From contig OX597815.1 in assembly GCA_951406725.2 (NCBI GenBank), positions 195,796,001 to 195,860,000 of the forward strand: a stretch of 64,000 nucleotides of DNA, written 5' to 3'. Shown here piece after piece: positions 11,663 to 25,387 of this stretch; within the stretch, counting starts at the first letter, position 1; each line of letters begins with the position of its first letter. This DNA is from Octopus vulgaris. Taxonomy: Eukaryota. Position numbers and translations under genes: made by a program. Below the pieces are notes generated by a model. It was not told the origin of the DNA. It saw only the letters and a list, made by a program, of their open reading frames with translations, and searched no databases.

Positions 11663-12907
11663 ATCTTAATCTTTTATATCTTAATCTTATATATCCCAAA
11701 TATTTATTTTGGTAAAAAGAGACAAAGCTGTTCACGTTTTCTAGTTATATTCAATACAGTCAAATGAAGTATTTTACTGTAGAAATGCCAATAGTATAAC
11801 AAAAATTAGAGTCGACATGAATAAAATTCTTCGCAGGGAAATGATGAAATGCGTATATTCACCAGTAGTAAAAAGATGCGCACACGCTTAATTTGATTCT
11901 CATGATGGAATATCAAATGGAGGAAACAGGAAGCAAACAAACAATTGAAGAGAATTGACATGTAGATAGAAAGAATAGATTATACGTCGGATAGGTGAAG
12001 ATTTGCGTGAAATCATAGTCCTTGTTTTATGCTATTTCCTGTTGTTAATTTTGCAACAACGCAAAATTGCTAGAAAGATAATAAAAAAAAACACTAAAAA
12101 TATCTAAAATATAAATTCTGATTTTATGCCATTAACTTAGAATGTGGTGTGTATTTCACGGCAAACAGGAAAATGCTAGAATTATTTATTCACGACGTAA
12201 ATACTCTGAATAAATGTGTGAGTAAAACAAGACATCTATACGCATCGCTATTTGGAATTATCTCAGCAGTGTTCAGCGTTTATTCCACTAATTTTGAATA
12301 TAACAGAGGAAACTCTATCTGACAGACATGTACTTTTCGTTCGAATGAAAAATTGCTTCAGATCTGAACGAGCATTGATACAATAAAGTGCAGAAATACA
12401 CCCAACACTTATACAGAGAGCACCTACATTTTGAAACCAAATAAAATCATTAATAAGCTATTCAACTGCTTGGTAATTAGTTAAGTTGGAAACAGGAGCC
12501 GTCTTACTCTAGTTACACGACACGGTCTATATAAAACTGGCATACTGGATTTCTTTAGCTAACTGTTTTCTAGAGAACAAAAACAAGACAGTGGAGAAAT
12601 ACAAGGAAACCGAACGAAAACAAACATGGTGGGTCGTTAGACCAGAACAAGAGGAAAATAGTGAACGCTGGGAGAAATATTTTCTTTAAAATGAGAAGAG
12701 AGAGACAGAAAACGTCTGGTACTTAAAATGTTATGCAGTAAAAGAAAGATGCTCAGGTGAGAAGAAGACAGATGGTGACGTGTGAGCAACGAGAGTTAGA
12801 AAGAGAGAAATATCGGAAAGAGAAAGGCAGATAGAAAACGGTGAAGGGGAGAAAAAGGGAAGTAGAGAAGGGTGGAGTAGAAAACAGCAGCGAGTAGAGT
12901 TAAGACA

Positions 12908-13512
<605 letters not shown>

Positions 13513-14621
13513 CTGAGTATCTTATTTCTTCTACTATATAATACCTGTACATCATCTCTCAACCTTCTAATATATATATATTTACAGATAAATTTCCTCT
13601 ATTTACATAATATCGAGGTCTCTTTCTTTCTTTTGTTATCTTACCGTTTTTATCAATATATACTTGTTTCTGTCATTAGAGTGTAGTTATGCTCGGTCAC
13701 TGCATTTAGGGATTCGGCGAATTATATGGACCCTGGGGCTTTTTGGTTTTGCAATGTTGTACTTACTCTGTCGATAAAATTTTGCTGCCTTCTCCATATA
13801 TGCCCGACATTACGGCTTCAGATTTACCCTTGGTTCGGTCTCTTTGTAATTCATTCACTAGAAAACAGACCTTTATTATGTATTCAAAGAGTGACATATG
13901 TCTATATATGAATGTTTGTATTATTCTCAGTCGTATTGAAATGAATTACAAATAACTTTGATACTAAAAATATAAAATATCTCTCCTGCAGCAATCTTAT
14001 GATATTCTATCACTTTCCTTGAGTCTCTACCACGCTCCACTCCCACTGTATTCAGTCTGATATTAGAAAATTAGAAATTATAACGCTTCAGAGATAGCTA
14101 AATTAAAATTTCTACACCAATGTGTGTGTTGTACCTTCCAATATCCAGCGGGATTTATTGTTGTCTTAAGACAAATTACCTTAGATTTTATATTCTTAGT
14201 GAAAGGATATGATCTAACCTTTATGGTTTTCTGAACGTCATTAACGGTTCTTCAACCATATATATATTGGAAAGTCATCATGTTACACACTGGATATATG
14301 CATCGTGTTTATACGTATACGAGGGGGGGGGGAAATCAATTTTAAAGTAAAATCATCAGCCTTAGCGAGCGAAGACAAAATATACTGTGAAATATTTTAA
14401 TTTGTAAACTTTAAAACCCAAATTCTGGCACCTTTCTTTGTGCCTTAATTAACAAATTCACAATTCATCTACTTTGAAAAAGAAAATGATGTCAGGTTAA
14501 TATTATACATAGCTATTGCATGGATAATTATTGCAAGGTATCACATTATATTAATGTGAAATAATGCTTTTGAAACATTCGTTTCTTTCGCAATATTTCT
14601 AGAAATCGATACACACACTCA

Positions 14622-14667
<46 letters not shown>

Positions 14668-15005
14668 TAATGATATATAAAAGTAAGGTCCAAAGATCTA
14701 GGTGTAGGAAGTTATTAAGCTTCTGGCAGTCCGTTGTAGGTACAAAACAAGTTTCAGGAACAATAATAGTTTATTGGCGTAAAATGTGCTTCCCATATCG
14801 AAGTTCGATAAGCTGTAAATGTCATTTTTCTAGTTCACGATTAGCATCTAGGGTTGCTATGAAAAATGCAATTTCAGGGAGTGGAACAGGAAAAATACAG
14901 GCTACATATGTTTCTAACCTAGCAAAAGCTTGCAAGTAATAATTACTCAATAAGCAGTAAGCCATTAGCTACTGATCAACCAAAGACACTTTAGTTAAGT
15001 GAAGA

Positions 15006-15320
15006 TTACATTGACGTCGAGGTATCCCGAGATAACTCACAGGAGGTGGGATTTAAAATGAGTGATGACGCCGGAAAAATGTATTGAAAAAACAGAACAG
15101 AAAGAAATAATGTATGAAGAAATAAAATATGGGAGTGAGCAATCGTAATTTTTTTCCTTTTGGTATTCTTAGCAATCTTAGACAATTGCCAACTCCCATA
15201 TTTTATTTCTTCATACATATACTTTTCCATCACTTTGTTTCACTCCGTTTTTCCGGCTTCACCACATCTTTTAAATCACATATCTTGCGAGTTAAGACTG
15301 GATCCATTGACGACAACGTA
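15006..15320. mobile_element. Diverged fold-back (palindromic) element
   Basis: atgtatgaagaaataaaatatgggagt pairs with actcccatattttatttcttcatacat; pairing extends to ttacattgacgtc / gacgacaacgtaa. Confidence 0.75.
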
Positions 15321-15439
15321 ACCTTCGTTTCACTGGCTTGCGGTGACCGTCGCTTCCCACTGATGATAGCCACAAAACTGAAATCACATGATATGGGAAT
15401 TCAAGCATCAATGACAGAGGATTCTCATCTGCTGCAATC

Positions 15440-15697
15440 CTGGAAACATGGGTATTTTGTTCAACATCCTTAAAAACCCTTATTTAGTGACCGTTTGAGC
15501 GGGATAGGTTACTCTACCAGAAGAAAATTCTAGGTGATGCGCTGTTTATCTTGATATGAGATCACCATGTCGCGCACATATGGTTGTGATGTATGTGCCT
15601 AGTGTACCCTTATCAGACGGGTAATCGTGATGGGTATACTGGGCTACGTATATTTTAACCCAGTGTCATTTTGATGGCATGCACTGCTCTCTCACTC

Positions 15698-15740
<43 letters not shown>

Positions 15741-15745
15741 TAGTT

Positions 15746-15788
<43 letters not shown>

Positions 15789-15790
15789 TT
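15440..15790 (+). mobile_element. 3' end of a non-LTR-like repeat followed by (AAT)n
   Basis: Reverse complement of 53393-53650; ends ...ctctctcactc(aat)n. Confidence 0.75.
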
Positions 15791-15925
15791 AATATAGTTG
15801 TTAATAAATCGTATGTTACACACCTGGTAGTTTGCCGTAAAAAAACGTTTAATGGCTCAGTGTTCGTTGAGTATTTGGTTAGTAAGAGAGACGGAATATG
15901 GGAGATACGTGAATCTGTATTGATC

Positions 15926-16153
15926 ACTACAATCGTTTCGATACATCTAGCATTGATACCTCACAGGTGGGTTACAGCAAAACTTCATTTTATGTATCCC
16001 TCGGTGTTGCTTTATCTCATCAGTGTTTATTTTAACGACATACCTCTTGAAATCCCTTGAGGAGACACACCTACACCAAGGGATACATCAAAACTACTTC
16101 TGCGTTATCCAACTTGCGAGGGATCGATGCTAGATTCGTTGAAACGATTGTAG
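15926..16153. mobile_element. Second diverged fold-back element, ~80-bp arms
   Basis: ctacaatcgtttc..tctagcattgat..atgtatccctcggtgt versus acaccaagggatacat..atcgatgctaga..gaaacgattgtag. Confidence 0.75.
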
Positions 16154-16339
16154 CGTCATCTATTAGCATGGTACTTACATATCTGAATTATTATGCTTTT
16201 CGCCGAATTATATTTGTCTTACAAATATCTGCTTCATTAATTGTTACTATAATTATTACTAGTAATTATTGTTTCCACCTTTCATCTAACATACACTAAA
16301 CCAAGTATATATTTAGTATGTTTCATATTTTTGACACAT

Positions 16340-16755
16340 GGTCAGCAATTTTAGGAGAGAGAGTAAGCCGATTACATCGACCCCAATGTCCAAATGGTAC
16401 TTATTCTATCCAACCCGGAAATGAAGAAAGATAAAGTCGCTTTTGGCAGAATTTGATCTTAACTGGACGAAATGCTACTAAGCACTTTGCTCTGCGTGCC
16501 AAGGTTTCTGCCACCCACCCCCTTAGGGATATATTCAAACTAGTTTCAAATAATGGTACAAAGCTAGCAATTTCGGAGGAGTTGGTAGGTCGGGTATTGA
16601 CGCCAGTGCTCAGCTGGCTCTTATTGTATCGATTTCGAAAGGATGAAAGGCAAAGTCGATCTCCGCGGAATTTTCAATTCAGAAAGCAAAGACGGACCAA
16701 CGGCTACTGAGAACTTTGTCTGGCGTGCTAACTATTCTACTAGCTAACCGCCAAC
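16340..16755 (-). mobile_element. Two degenerate SINE-B-related copies
   Basis: cgattacatcgacccc; ggatgaaaggcaaagtcga. Confidence 0.6.
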
Positions 16756-17312
16756 GATACATTCAATATTAATATAATGTTTTAGATGTTATGAATTACG
16801 TTTCTATTTGGATCGGTTTGGTTAGTAAAACACTTTTAATTCGTTCGTTTCAAAATTTTAACTATTTCACTTATCTTTGAAACTGTAGTCAATTAATAAT
16901 TAACAATGCAATCAATATTATTTTGTCATGTAAAATATAATTACTATATGAGATGTATAATTTGCAACGTTGAGATGGAAATTATTTTAGTAGCTTTATT
17001 TAAATTTTAAGCTAATGCGGAAAACTTAAATAGAGTATTACTGTGATATCAAAAGAATTAAAATATATTTTCATAAGACTTCGTTTGATGAAGTTGCTAA
17101 GATGATGGATAAACTTCAAAGAGTATCGAGGTTCGTATCTTATGAATATTATATAAGACCGACATAAAACACTATTCTTTGAAGTGGATCAATCCAGCTT
17201 TTTTCCAATTATATACCAGGGAGTAAAAATAATTCAGATGATGCTGTTGGCCGTATAGCGAATTTTAAAACATATCTTACGTTTCCGTTTTAACTTTTGT
17301 ATTTTAAAGATG

Positions 17313-17574
17313 AGTGGAGGCGCGTGGCTTAGTAGTTAGGGTGTCAGCATCATGATCATCGTAAGAATGTGCTTTCGATTCCTGGACCGGGCGACGCGTT
17401 GTGTTCTTGAGCAAAACACTTCACTTTACGCTGTTCCAGTTCACTCAGCTGGCAAAAATGAGTAACGCTTCGATGGACTGGCGTCCCAAGCCGGGGAACA
17501 CATACGCCATAGAAACCGGGAAACCGGGTCCATAAGTCTGGCTAAGCTTTAAAAGGACACATTTCTTATTTATT
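17313..17574 (+). mobile_element. SINE family C1 (tRNA head, CORE-like block, V-like CGATGGACTGGCGTCCC)
   Basis: TGGCTTAGTAG and TTTCGATTCC boxes; tgttcttgagcaaaacactt; 11-bp TSD tattttaaaga. Confidence 0.85.
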
Positions 17575-18100
17575 TATTTTAAAGAAAAGCAAGAAGGTGG
17601 TGCTCATGTTTTATACGGCTGAGAGCAAATTCTGCGAAGTGCGAATTTTCTACATCAGACTTGGCCTCTGTTGCACAGCAATATAAGGACCTGCACGCTG
17701 CACACTTTTACATCTGTAAATCTTAGAGTCGGTTAAATTATTTTTCATGTATCACTGTAGAAGCCATAGAATAATTCATGCAAAAAATATCATTGTCTTT
17801 GCTTTATCTCTCTCTACTGGGTGGTGATAGCTTTTATAATTACGGGCTAAATAATAAGGCTGCTCTTCCAAAACACATTCATATCACACACGCATAGGAT
17901 TGTTTATTACTCTTACTTTCTATTTAAAGCTGATGCACGTAACAAATTGAATGAAATTTAGATTATTAATTATCTTTCAATCCTACTTTTCTTCACATTC
18001 ACATTAAAATTTCCAAGGTTTGATAATTATCAAAAAAAATATCGCCAAAAGTCAGCGGCAGCTGGTTGATAACAAAAATACCAGAGTCCTGGTCAGATTA

Positions 18101-18483
18101 TCTCTCTCTATATAAACGGCAGTTTGTCTGTGCGTGTTTCTGTGTGTCTGTTTGCTTGTACCCTCACCCTGACCACGGCTTTCAACCGATTCTGATGAAA
18201 CTTGACACACACATAGCCCAATGTCATAATTCAAAACTAACGCAGCGAAAATTTTGAAAAGTTCCCCCAGTTCTGAAAAATATCGATAAATTCGACATGG
18301 GGTCGAGAATCAGAAACACAAACCGCAAACTGTCTAGGGGACGCAACTCCACCTTTTTTTACTCTCAAAAAAATTTACCATCATTTTTTTCAATTTTTTG
18401 GCTATTTTTTGGCTATAACTCTCTAAAAATGCTTTATAGTTATTTCCCTTACAAACCTGAGCAACGCCGGGCGATACTGCTAG
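18101..18483 (+). mobile_element. Non-autonomous Helitron
   Basis: A|TC...gagcaacgccgggcgatactgCTAG|T; 3' ~70 bp shared with 6293-6597. Confidence 0.85.
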
Positions 18484-19025
18484 TCTTGCAATAAAAAGTT
18501 ACACACCTTTGCATTCTAATTTCAATCTGCGGCAATTGTGATTCTGCTTTTCCAAATATTTGTAGGCAATAAAGCAAGAATATTTCTGTCATTCTTAAAT
18601 TCATTAAATCGACTTCGACACTGCCCCTTCAGATTTCTTTCCTCGTGTACAAATAAACAAAATCGATAATTCTGCAAGCGTGGTTAACGGGAGAAAATAT
18701 CAAAAAAAATAAATTTAATGCAATTTATTTGTTTGGTATTGAGTAGTAATTTCACTTCTTCGATATTTACCAGAATGGTCCCTCACTCTTTGCTAGTTTC
18801 GAAATGAAATTCTTATATATTGGTATTACTCACGATTCACTTAATATTGTTTCATATACCATTTTATAGATTATTATTGAAAATATATTTGACATCACAG
18901 TAAAGATTTCACAAGAGAATTCTTCTTTGCCTTTCAGCTTTTCACTACTTTCTCTCATATTTGCAGCCATTGAAACCAAAATAGTTTTCATCTTGAAACG
19001 AAAATCAAATAAAAACCATGTGCGC

Positions 19026-19060
<35 letters not shown>

Positions 19061-19838
19061 TGTGTGTGTGTATGTATGTGTGTGTGTGTGCGCGTGTGTG
19101 AGCGTGTGTGTCTGTGTGAGTGTAAATGCATATTTAAAGCAAATAGAGATAAGTAATATTGCTTTTGAGCACTTTAAATAAAATGACTTTCATTAAATTG
19201 TAACACGATTGCAATCAGTGAAATGTGAAGTAATAACGCATGCACACATATACACACATATATATTTGTATATACACACATATATATTTGTATATACACA
19301 CATATATATTTGTATATACACACATATATATTTGTATATATATATATATATATCGAATCTTGTATTTAGTCATATAAGATTGTATGTAATGTTTTTTTTA
19401 CTTGTTTCAATCACCTAACTTCAGCCATGTGATGGCACAGCCTTCAAGAAATATTAGTTGAATGAATCGATCACGTTATTTTTTAAAAGATTAGTGCTCA
19501 TTCTATCCGTTTCTTTTCTGTTTTTTTCCAAGCTGCTAATTTACAGGTATACACAGCTCTCCAATATCGTGTATGGAGGAGGTAAACAGATAGAAACATC
19601 CACACAATACATACATATATATATACATAGTCAACATGAAATCTAGAAATTCTCTGTATAGAAAACACTTAACATACCTGAAATGATTCAAACTTGAACT
19701 CTGAGGTCTTTAGCAGGGACCATCTATTTAGTGGACCATCTATTTAGTGTAAAGATTAGCTACTAGAAGGTGAGCAGAGTTGGAGGCAATTACACGGATA
19801 AACAAATTAAATATTATAATCTTGGGTTTCATTATACA

Positions 19839-19877
<39 letters not shown>

Positions 19878-20290
19878 CTGAAAGATTTTTGCTTTGTTCG
19901 TGTTTTGTGGCTGCTTGTATTAGTTTCCCTTGCTTCTGAAGTAGGTATTTTTGTATACCTATGGTGGTTATTTTCTAATAGTTTACTAGCTATATAAGGC
20001 TACTACCATCTTCCATTCGTTGTGTATATAAGCCTTCTATATCAGATTTTGGGTGGCGCATCCTAAATCCTCTCTTTATTTTTCTTGATTTCCTGTCTAG
20101 TCTTATTAGTTCATTTTGTGTCCAGTTAAGGATATTGTACCTGCAACTTATAACTGGGGCGGCTGGAGTGTTGATACCTATTATCTTGTTTTTAGGATTG
20201 AGCTCTGTTTTCAGTATTAATCTAATTCTTCTATTGTATTCTTTTTTTAATTTTCTCTTTCATTTGTATGTGTTGCATCGTATCTAATTC
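19878..20290 (-). pseudogene. R4/Dong-clade non-LTR retrotransposon ORF fragment between (ATT)n tracts
   Basis: Manual translation ..EYNRRIRLILKTELNPKNKIIGINT..NWTQNELIRLDRKSRK..RHPKSDIEGLY.. resembles the R4 post-RT region. Confidence 0.75.
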
Positions 20291-20307
20291 ATTATTATTA
20301 TTATTAC

Positions 20308-20343
<36 letters not shown>

Positions 20344-20871
20344 CATTATCGTTATTATTATTATTATTCAAAAATGTGACGTTTGATTTTAAATTAAAAA
20401 AGAAGACTCTTTTACAGTCACAGACGTCATCGCATATGCAGACTTGTGCTGTAAGACATATATACGAGTACATATATGTGTATGTTTGCATATGTCTTAT
20501 ACACTTACTGCATAAAATGTTTCCGGAAATTTTTACACAGCTTCACTTTTCTCGGCAAAGATTTCATACTATAGGGCATGAAATCGCAATATACTTATTT
20601 CCTTTCTGTTGCTGATAGTCGCCTACAACCATTTCAAATTCTTCTTGGTTTTCATTATAGTCTCCGTAAATTTAGCACAAACGTGGACCAAAATCCCGTA
20701 TATTATAATAAAATAAACGAAATAAAACATTTCGCAACGCAAACATCTTATATTTAATTCCACGCAGATCAGGAAAATTGAATATAACAACTTTATCAAT
20801 AGAATTATAGAAAGTGACATTAATAAAGTAACTAAAATCCCGCCTTTGAGCGGTTTTCTACTACTTCTTTT

Positions 20872-21193
20872 CGACTCCGCCGGTTACGACGACGAGGGTC
20901 CCAGCTGATACGATCAACGGAACAGCTTGCTCGTGAAATTAACGTACAAGTGGCTGAGCATTCCACAGACACGTGTACCCTTAACGTAGTTCTCGGGGAT
21001 AATCAGCGTGACACAGAGAGTGACAAGGTTGACCCTTTGAAATACAAGTACAACTCATTTTTGCCAGCTGAGTGGACTGGAGCAACGTGAAATAAAGTGT
21101 CTTGCTCAAGGACACAACGCGTCGCCGGGAATCGAACTCAAAACCTTACGATCATGAGCCGAATGCCCTAACCACTAAGCCACGCGCCCTCAC
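20872..21193 (-). mobile_element. SINE family C2 (C-type head and CORE, different 3' body)
   Basis: gcgcgtggcttagtggttaggg head; TSD tttctactactt; degenerate relative at 51753-52020. Confidence 0.85.
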
Positions 21194-21343
21194 TCTTTCT
21201 ACTACTTACCGAATTATGTTTACACATTACGTATCCTGTTCATGTAACCTTTCTGATATTCCACCTCTAATTTTCCTTTGAATCCTTTATAGATTTACTC
21301 GTTTAGTAAATTTAGTGCAACAGAAATGTGTCTCGCTGAATTT

Positions 21344-21590
21344 GTTAGTTAGTTAGTTAGTTAGTTAATTTGGCTCAAAAGCAAACAGCAAGGCCATGTA
21401 GGGGGACATGGAGTTAAGTACAGGGTGGTGTTCATGTAAAGAGTTCAGGCCACTTGAGGTCCAGGGAGGCTTTGAACAAAGCGGTCGTCGGCATCTTCAC
21501 CATCTCGTCTGGCAGCTTGTTCCACGGATCCGCAACCCGGACGGAGAAAGCTCCTCTCCTTCGATTGAGATGAAATCGTCGCAGGTATCG
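21344..21590 (-). mobile_element. CR1-type LINE extreme 3' end with (TAAC)n tail
   Basis: ..RRGAFSVRVADPWNKLPDEMVK..FKASLD..; 3' hairpin ccatgtccccctacatgg; (gtta)n on the + strand. Confidence 0.8.
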
Positions 21591-22840
21591 TCATAACAGA
21601 CTGAAAAATGAATATTAACGATAGGTTTTACATGTACGTTTCAGATAAAAAAGAAAAAGGAAAGAAATTTCCATGCTGTTTACTGAAATGTCGCATTGAT
21701 TAAGATTTGTCATTGATGCGTTTACTTTCAAAATTGCATTTATCTGCATTGAAACTGGAATTTATCAAACCATTTCCAAATTCTGTCCTTTAATAATTGC
21801 TTATATTTCTAGTATAATAAACAGAATTCCTGTTATGTAATAAGATGCTTTCTGCATTATAGACGAAATAATTCTTATAGTAGGCAATGAATGATAGTAG
21901 TAGTTTACCCGAAAACAATATTCAATTCAGTGTTGACGATCCTCGATAATCCGTGTATTTCTGTAGAGTGAGGACATTTGCTCGAATTCTTGTAGCTTCG
22001 GGTTCAATACTTACTCTCTTCCACTAGCGAAAGTTATATGTATCTTTCGGGAAGCTCCATACCAATTTAACTTCATGCAGCATTCGCTGTTAGTTTATGT
22101 ACACGCTATGTGGGAAGAAAGAATACGGGGGCTTTTGTTAGCTTTTCTCTCCGAAAAAAGCAAAATTTCTTGTTTCTACTTCGGGGATTTTCACCTTTTG
22201 GAGGATCTGGGTGGAATGCAACGCGCACGATATTCGAGGGATTACTCTAATGTTCTTTTCTCAACACAACTCTCTTCGCGGCACCTGGCCAGTTTCATAC
22301 ATCCATGATTTTGATCAGAATCTTGCGTTTGAGAACAGTTATTTTAAAATCAAGCGATCCAGTAGTCATTTGTATGAAATTATATAACATGACGCAGCAG
22401 AAAGCTGGAACATTGAAAATAGAAAGTCCAACGGAAATGCAAACATCTATTGATACCACTGCAATAGACACTGTGTTAATTATGTTTTTAAATTTCTATT
22501 GAATTTCTTGATGGAATGCTCAAACCGATTTCTATATAATAATTGTTGCTGTCACTACCTGCAGATTCTGTCTTCTATTATCAATGTTATTATTTCTTCT
22601 TCTTTATGTATTTCTCATCTTGATATACTCGTCAATACACGCAATGGGGAAAAGCGTTGCAAAACTAAAAAAAAAAAAGGACATTTAACAAAATGTTATC
22701 TCAGCTCTTACGGAAGTTCATAACTGGATATCTGTAACGGTTTTAGAAACTTTTGAAAATGTGTACAGTTTACATCTCTGTCATTCTGCTGTTTTTACAC
22801 TTTATTCTATTTTATGGAGGTTAGTTTAAATCAAAAATTA

Positions 22841-23553
22841 TAGGCGCAGAAGTGACTGTGTGGTAAGTAGCTTGCTTACCAACCACATGGTTCCGGTTCA
22901 TTCCCACTGCGTTTCACCTTGGGCAAGTGCCTTCTACTATAGCCTCGGACCGACCATAGCCTTGTGAGTGGATTTGGTAGACGGAAACTGAAAGAAGCCC
23001 GTCGTATGTATATATATGTATGTGTGTGTGTTTACGTCTGTGTTTGTCTTCACAACATCGCTTGACAACCGATGCTGGTGTGTTTATACTCACGTAACTT
23101 AGCGGTTCGGCAAAAGATACCGATAGAATAAGTACTAGGCTTACAAAAAATTATAGGTGCAGGAGTGGCTGTGTGTTAAGTAGCTTGCTTACCAGCCACA
23201 TGGTTCCCGGTTCATTCCCACTGCGTGGCACCTTGGGCAAGAGCTATCTACTATAGCCTCGGGCCGACCATAGCCTTGTGAGTGGATTTGGTAGACGGAA
23301 ACTGAAAGTAGCCCGTCATACATATATATATACATGTGCCTTTATGTCTGTGTTTCTCCCCACAACATCCCTTGACAACCGACGCTGGTGTGTATATGTC
23401 CCCATAACTTGGCGGTTCGGCAAAAGGTACCGATAGAATAAGTACTAGTCTTTCAGAGAATAAGTCCTGGGGTCGTTTTGCTCGACTAAAGGCTGTGCTC
23501 CAGCATGGCCACAGTCAAATGACTGAAACAAGTAAAAGAGTAAGGAGTAAAGA
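22841..23553 (+). mobile_element. Two tandem SINE-A copies (first lacks tail)
   Basis: Heads at 22841 and ~23154, both preceded by aaaaattatagg. Confidence 0.88.
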
Positions 23554-23805
23554 GCGTATTCAACTACTTATATATATTTCTATGCATGATTCTATGTGTA
23601 TTTTGTAAAGCAAGTGATTCTCATATTTAATAGGTAAAAAAACACAAATGCGTGTTTGTATGCTTAACTAACTCGTGTGGGTACATTCCTGTTAGCCTTT
23701 GTACTAGTATTTACCTAATTCACTACGGGGACAGATATTCCTTTCATTTTCTATCATCTTGGTTAATTCTGCCAATTGCCCGCGAGGTACCTTTAATGGA
23801 GTTCA

Positions 23806-24015
23806 TTTTACTCTTTACTCTTTTAGTTGCTTCAGTCATTTGACTGCGACCAAGCTGGAGCACCGCTTTTAGTCGAGCAAATCGACCCCAGAACTTATTC
23901 TTTGTAAGCCTAGTGCTTATTCTATCGGTCTCTTTTGCCGCTAAGTTACGGGGACGTAAACACACACCAGCATCGGTTGTCAAGTGATGTTGTGGGGACA
24001 AATAAAAACATACAA

Positions 24016-24087
<72 letters not shown>

Positions 24088-24247
24088 GACAGGTTTCTTT
24101 CAGTTTCCGCCTACCAAATCCACTCACAAGGCTTTGGTCGGCCCGAGGCTATAGTAGAAGACACTTGCCCAAAGTGTCACGCACTGGGAATGAACACTGA
24201 ACCATGTGGTTAGTAAGCAAGCTACTTACCACACAGCCACTCCTGAG
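23806..24247 (-). mobile_element. SINE-A
   Basis: Full copy, inverted relative to 23154-23553. Confidence 0.9.
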
Positions 24248-24676
24248 CTATTTTGGTATTTTTTATTCGGCTTTCTTTTTATAAGAACCGGAAATGTCAT
24301 TACACTCCTATCAAAGCAATTCACCATAATTCCGTATTCTATCCATATCTTTCAAGTATAAAAACCGGTTACAGGTGTCGTGGTCACCAATAAGTAATAC
24401 AAACTACTAAATTTGTCGGCTTTCACAAATTCGTGCGTCATTTTCTTGCTTCTGGCAAAATACCTGCAGACAAATTACGATGAATTTCGTAGGTTTCATG
24501 TTAAAAAAAATACACTTATATAAATACAAAACGAGACATGGAAACCTAGAAAGTTTAAAACAAATAGAAAATGTGATTTAAAATGTTTAATTTATATCTA
24601 ATGATGTGCAAATCATTAAGCTATAAACTTCAATGCAACTGACGTTCCAAAAATATAAAACCCAATTACAAAAGTA

Positions 24677-25387
24677 TACCTATTTCTTTACTACTCACAA
24701 GGGGCTAAACAAAGAGAGGACAAACAAGGACAGACAAACGGATTAAGTCGATTACATCGATCCCAGCGCGTACCTGGTACTTATTTAATCGACCCCGAAA
24801 GGATGAAAGGCAAAGTCGACCTCGGCAGAATTTGAACTCAGAACGTAGCGGCAGACAAAATACATATTTCTTTACTATCCACAAGGGACTAAACACAGAG
24901 AGGACAAACAAGAACAGACAACCGGATTAAGTAGACTATATCGACCCCAGTGCGTAACTGGTACTTATTTAATCGACCCGAAAGGATGAAAGGCAAAGTG
25001 GACCTCGGCAGAATTTGAACTCAGAACGTAGCGGCAGACAAAATACATATTTCTTTACTATCCACAAGGGGCTAAACAAAGAGAGGACAAACAAGGACAT
25101 GCAAACGGATTAAGTCGATTATATCGACACCAGTGCGTAACTGGTACTTATTTAATCGACCCCGAAAGGATGAAAGGCAAAGTCGACCTTGGCAGAATTT
25201 GAACTCAGAACGTAGCGGCAGACAAAATACATACTTCTTTACTATCCACAAGGGGCTAAACAAAAAGAGGATAAACAAGGACAGACAAAGGGATTAAGTC
25301 GGACTTTGAACTCAGAACGCAGCGGCGGACGAAATACTGCAAAGCATTTCGCCCGGGGTACTAACGTTTCTGCCAGCTCGCCGCCTT
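24677..25387 (-). mobile_element. SINE-B tandem multimer (one head plus ~187-bp head-less units)
   Basis: Repeated junction ggcagacaaaatac|ata(t/c)ttctttact; flanks taca(a/g)aagtatacct-like. Confidence 0.9.

Noticed and set aside
24677-25387. CRISPR-like or satellite array
   Set aside because: Units are ~187-bp SINE bodies with no unique spacers, in a eukaryotic context with no cas genes
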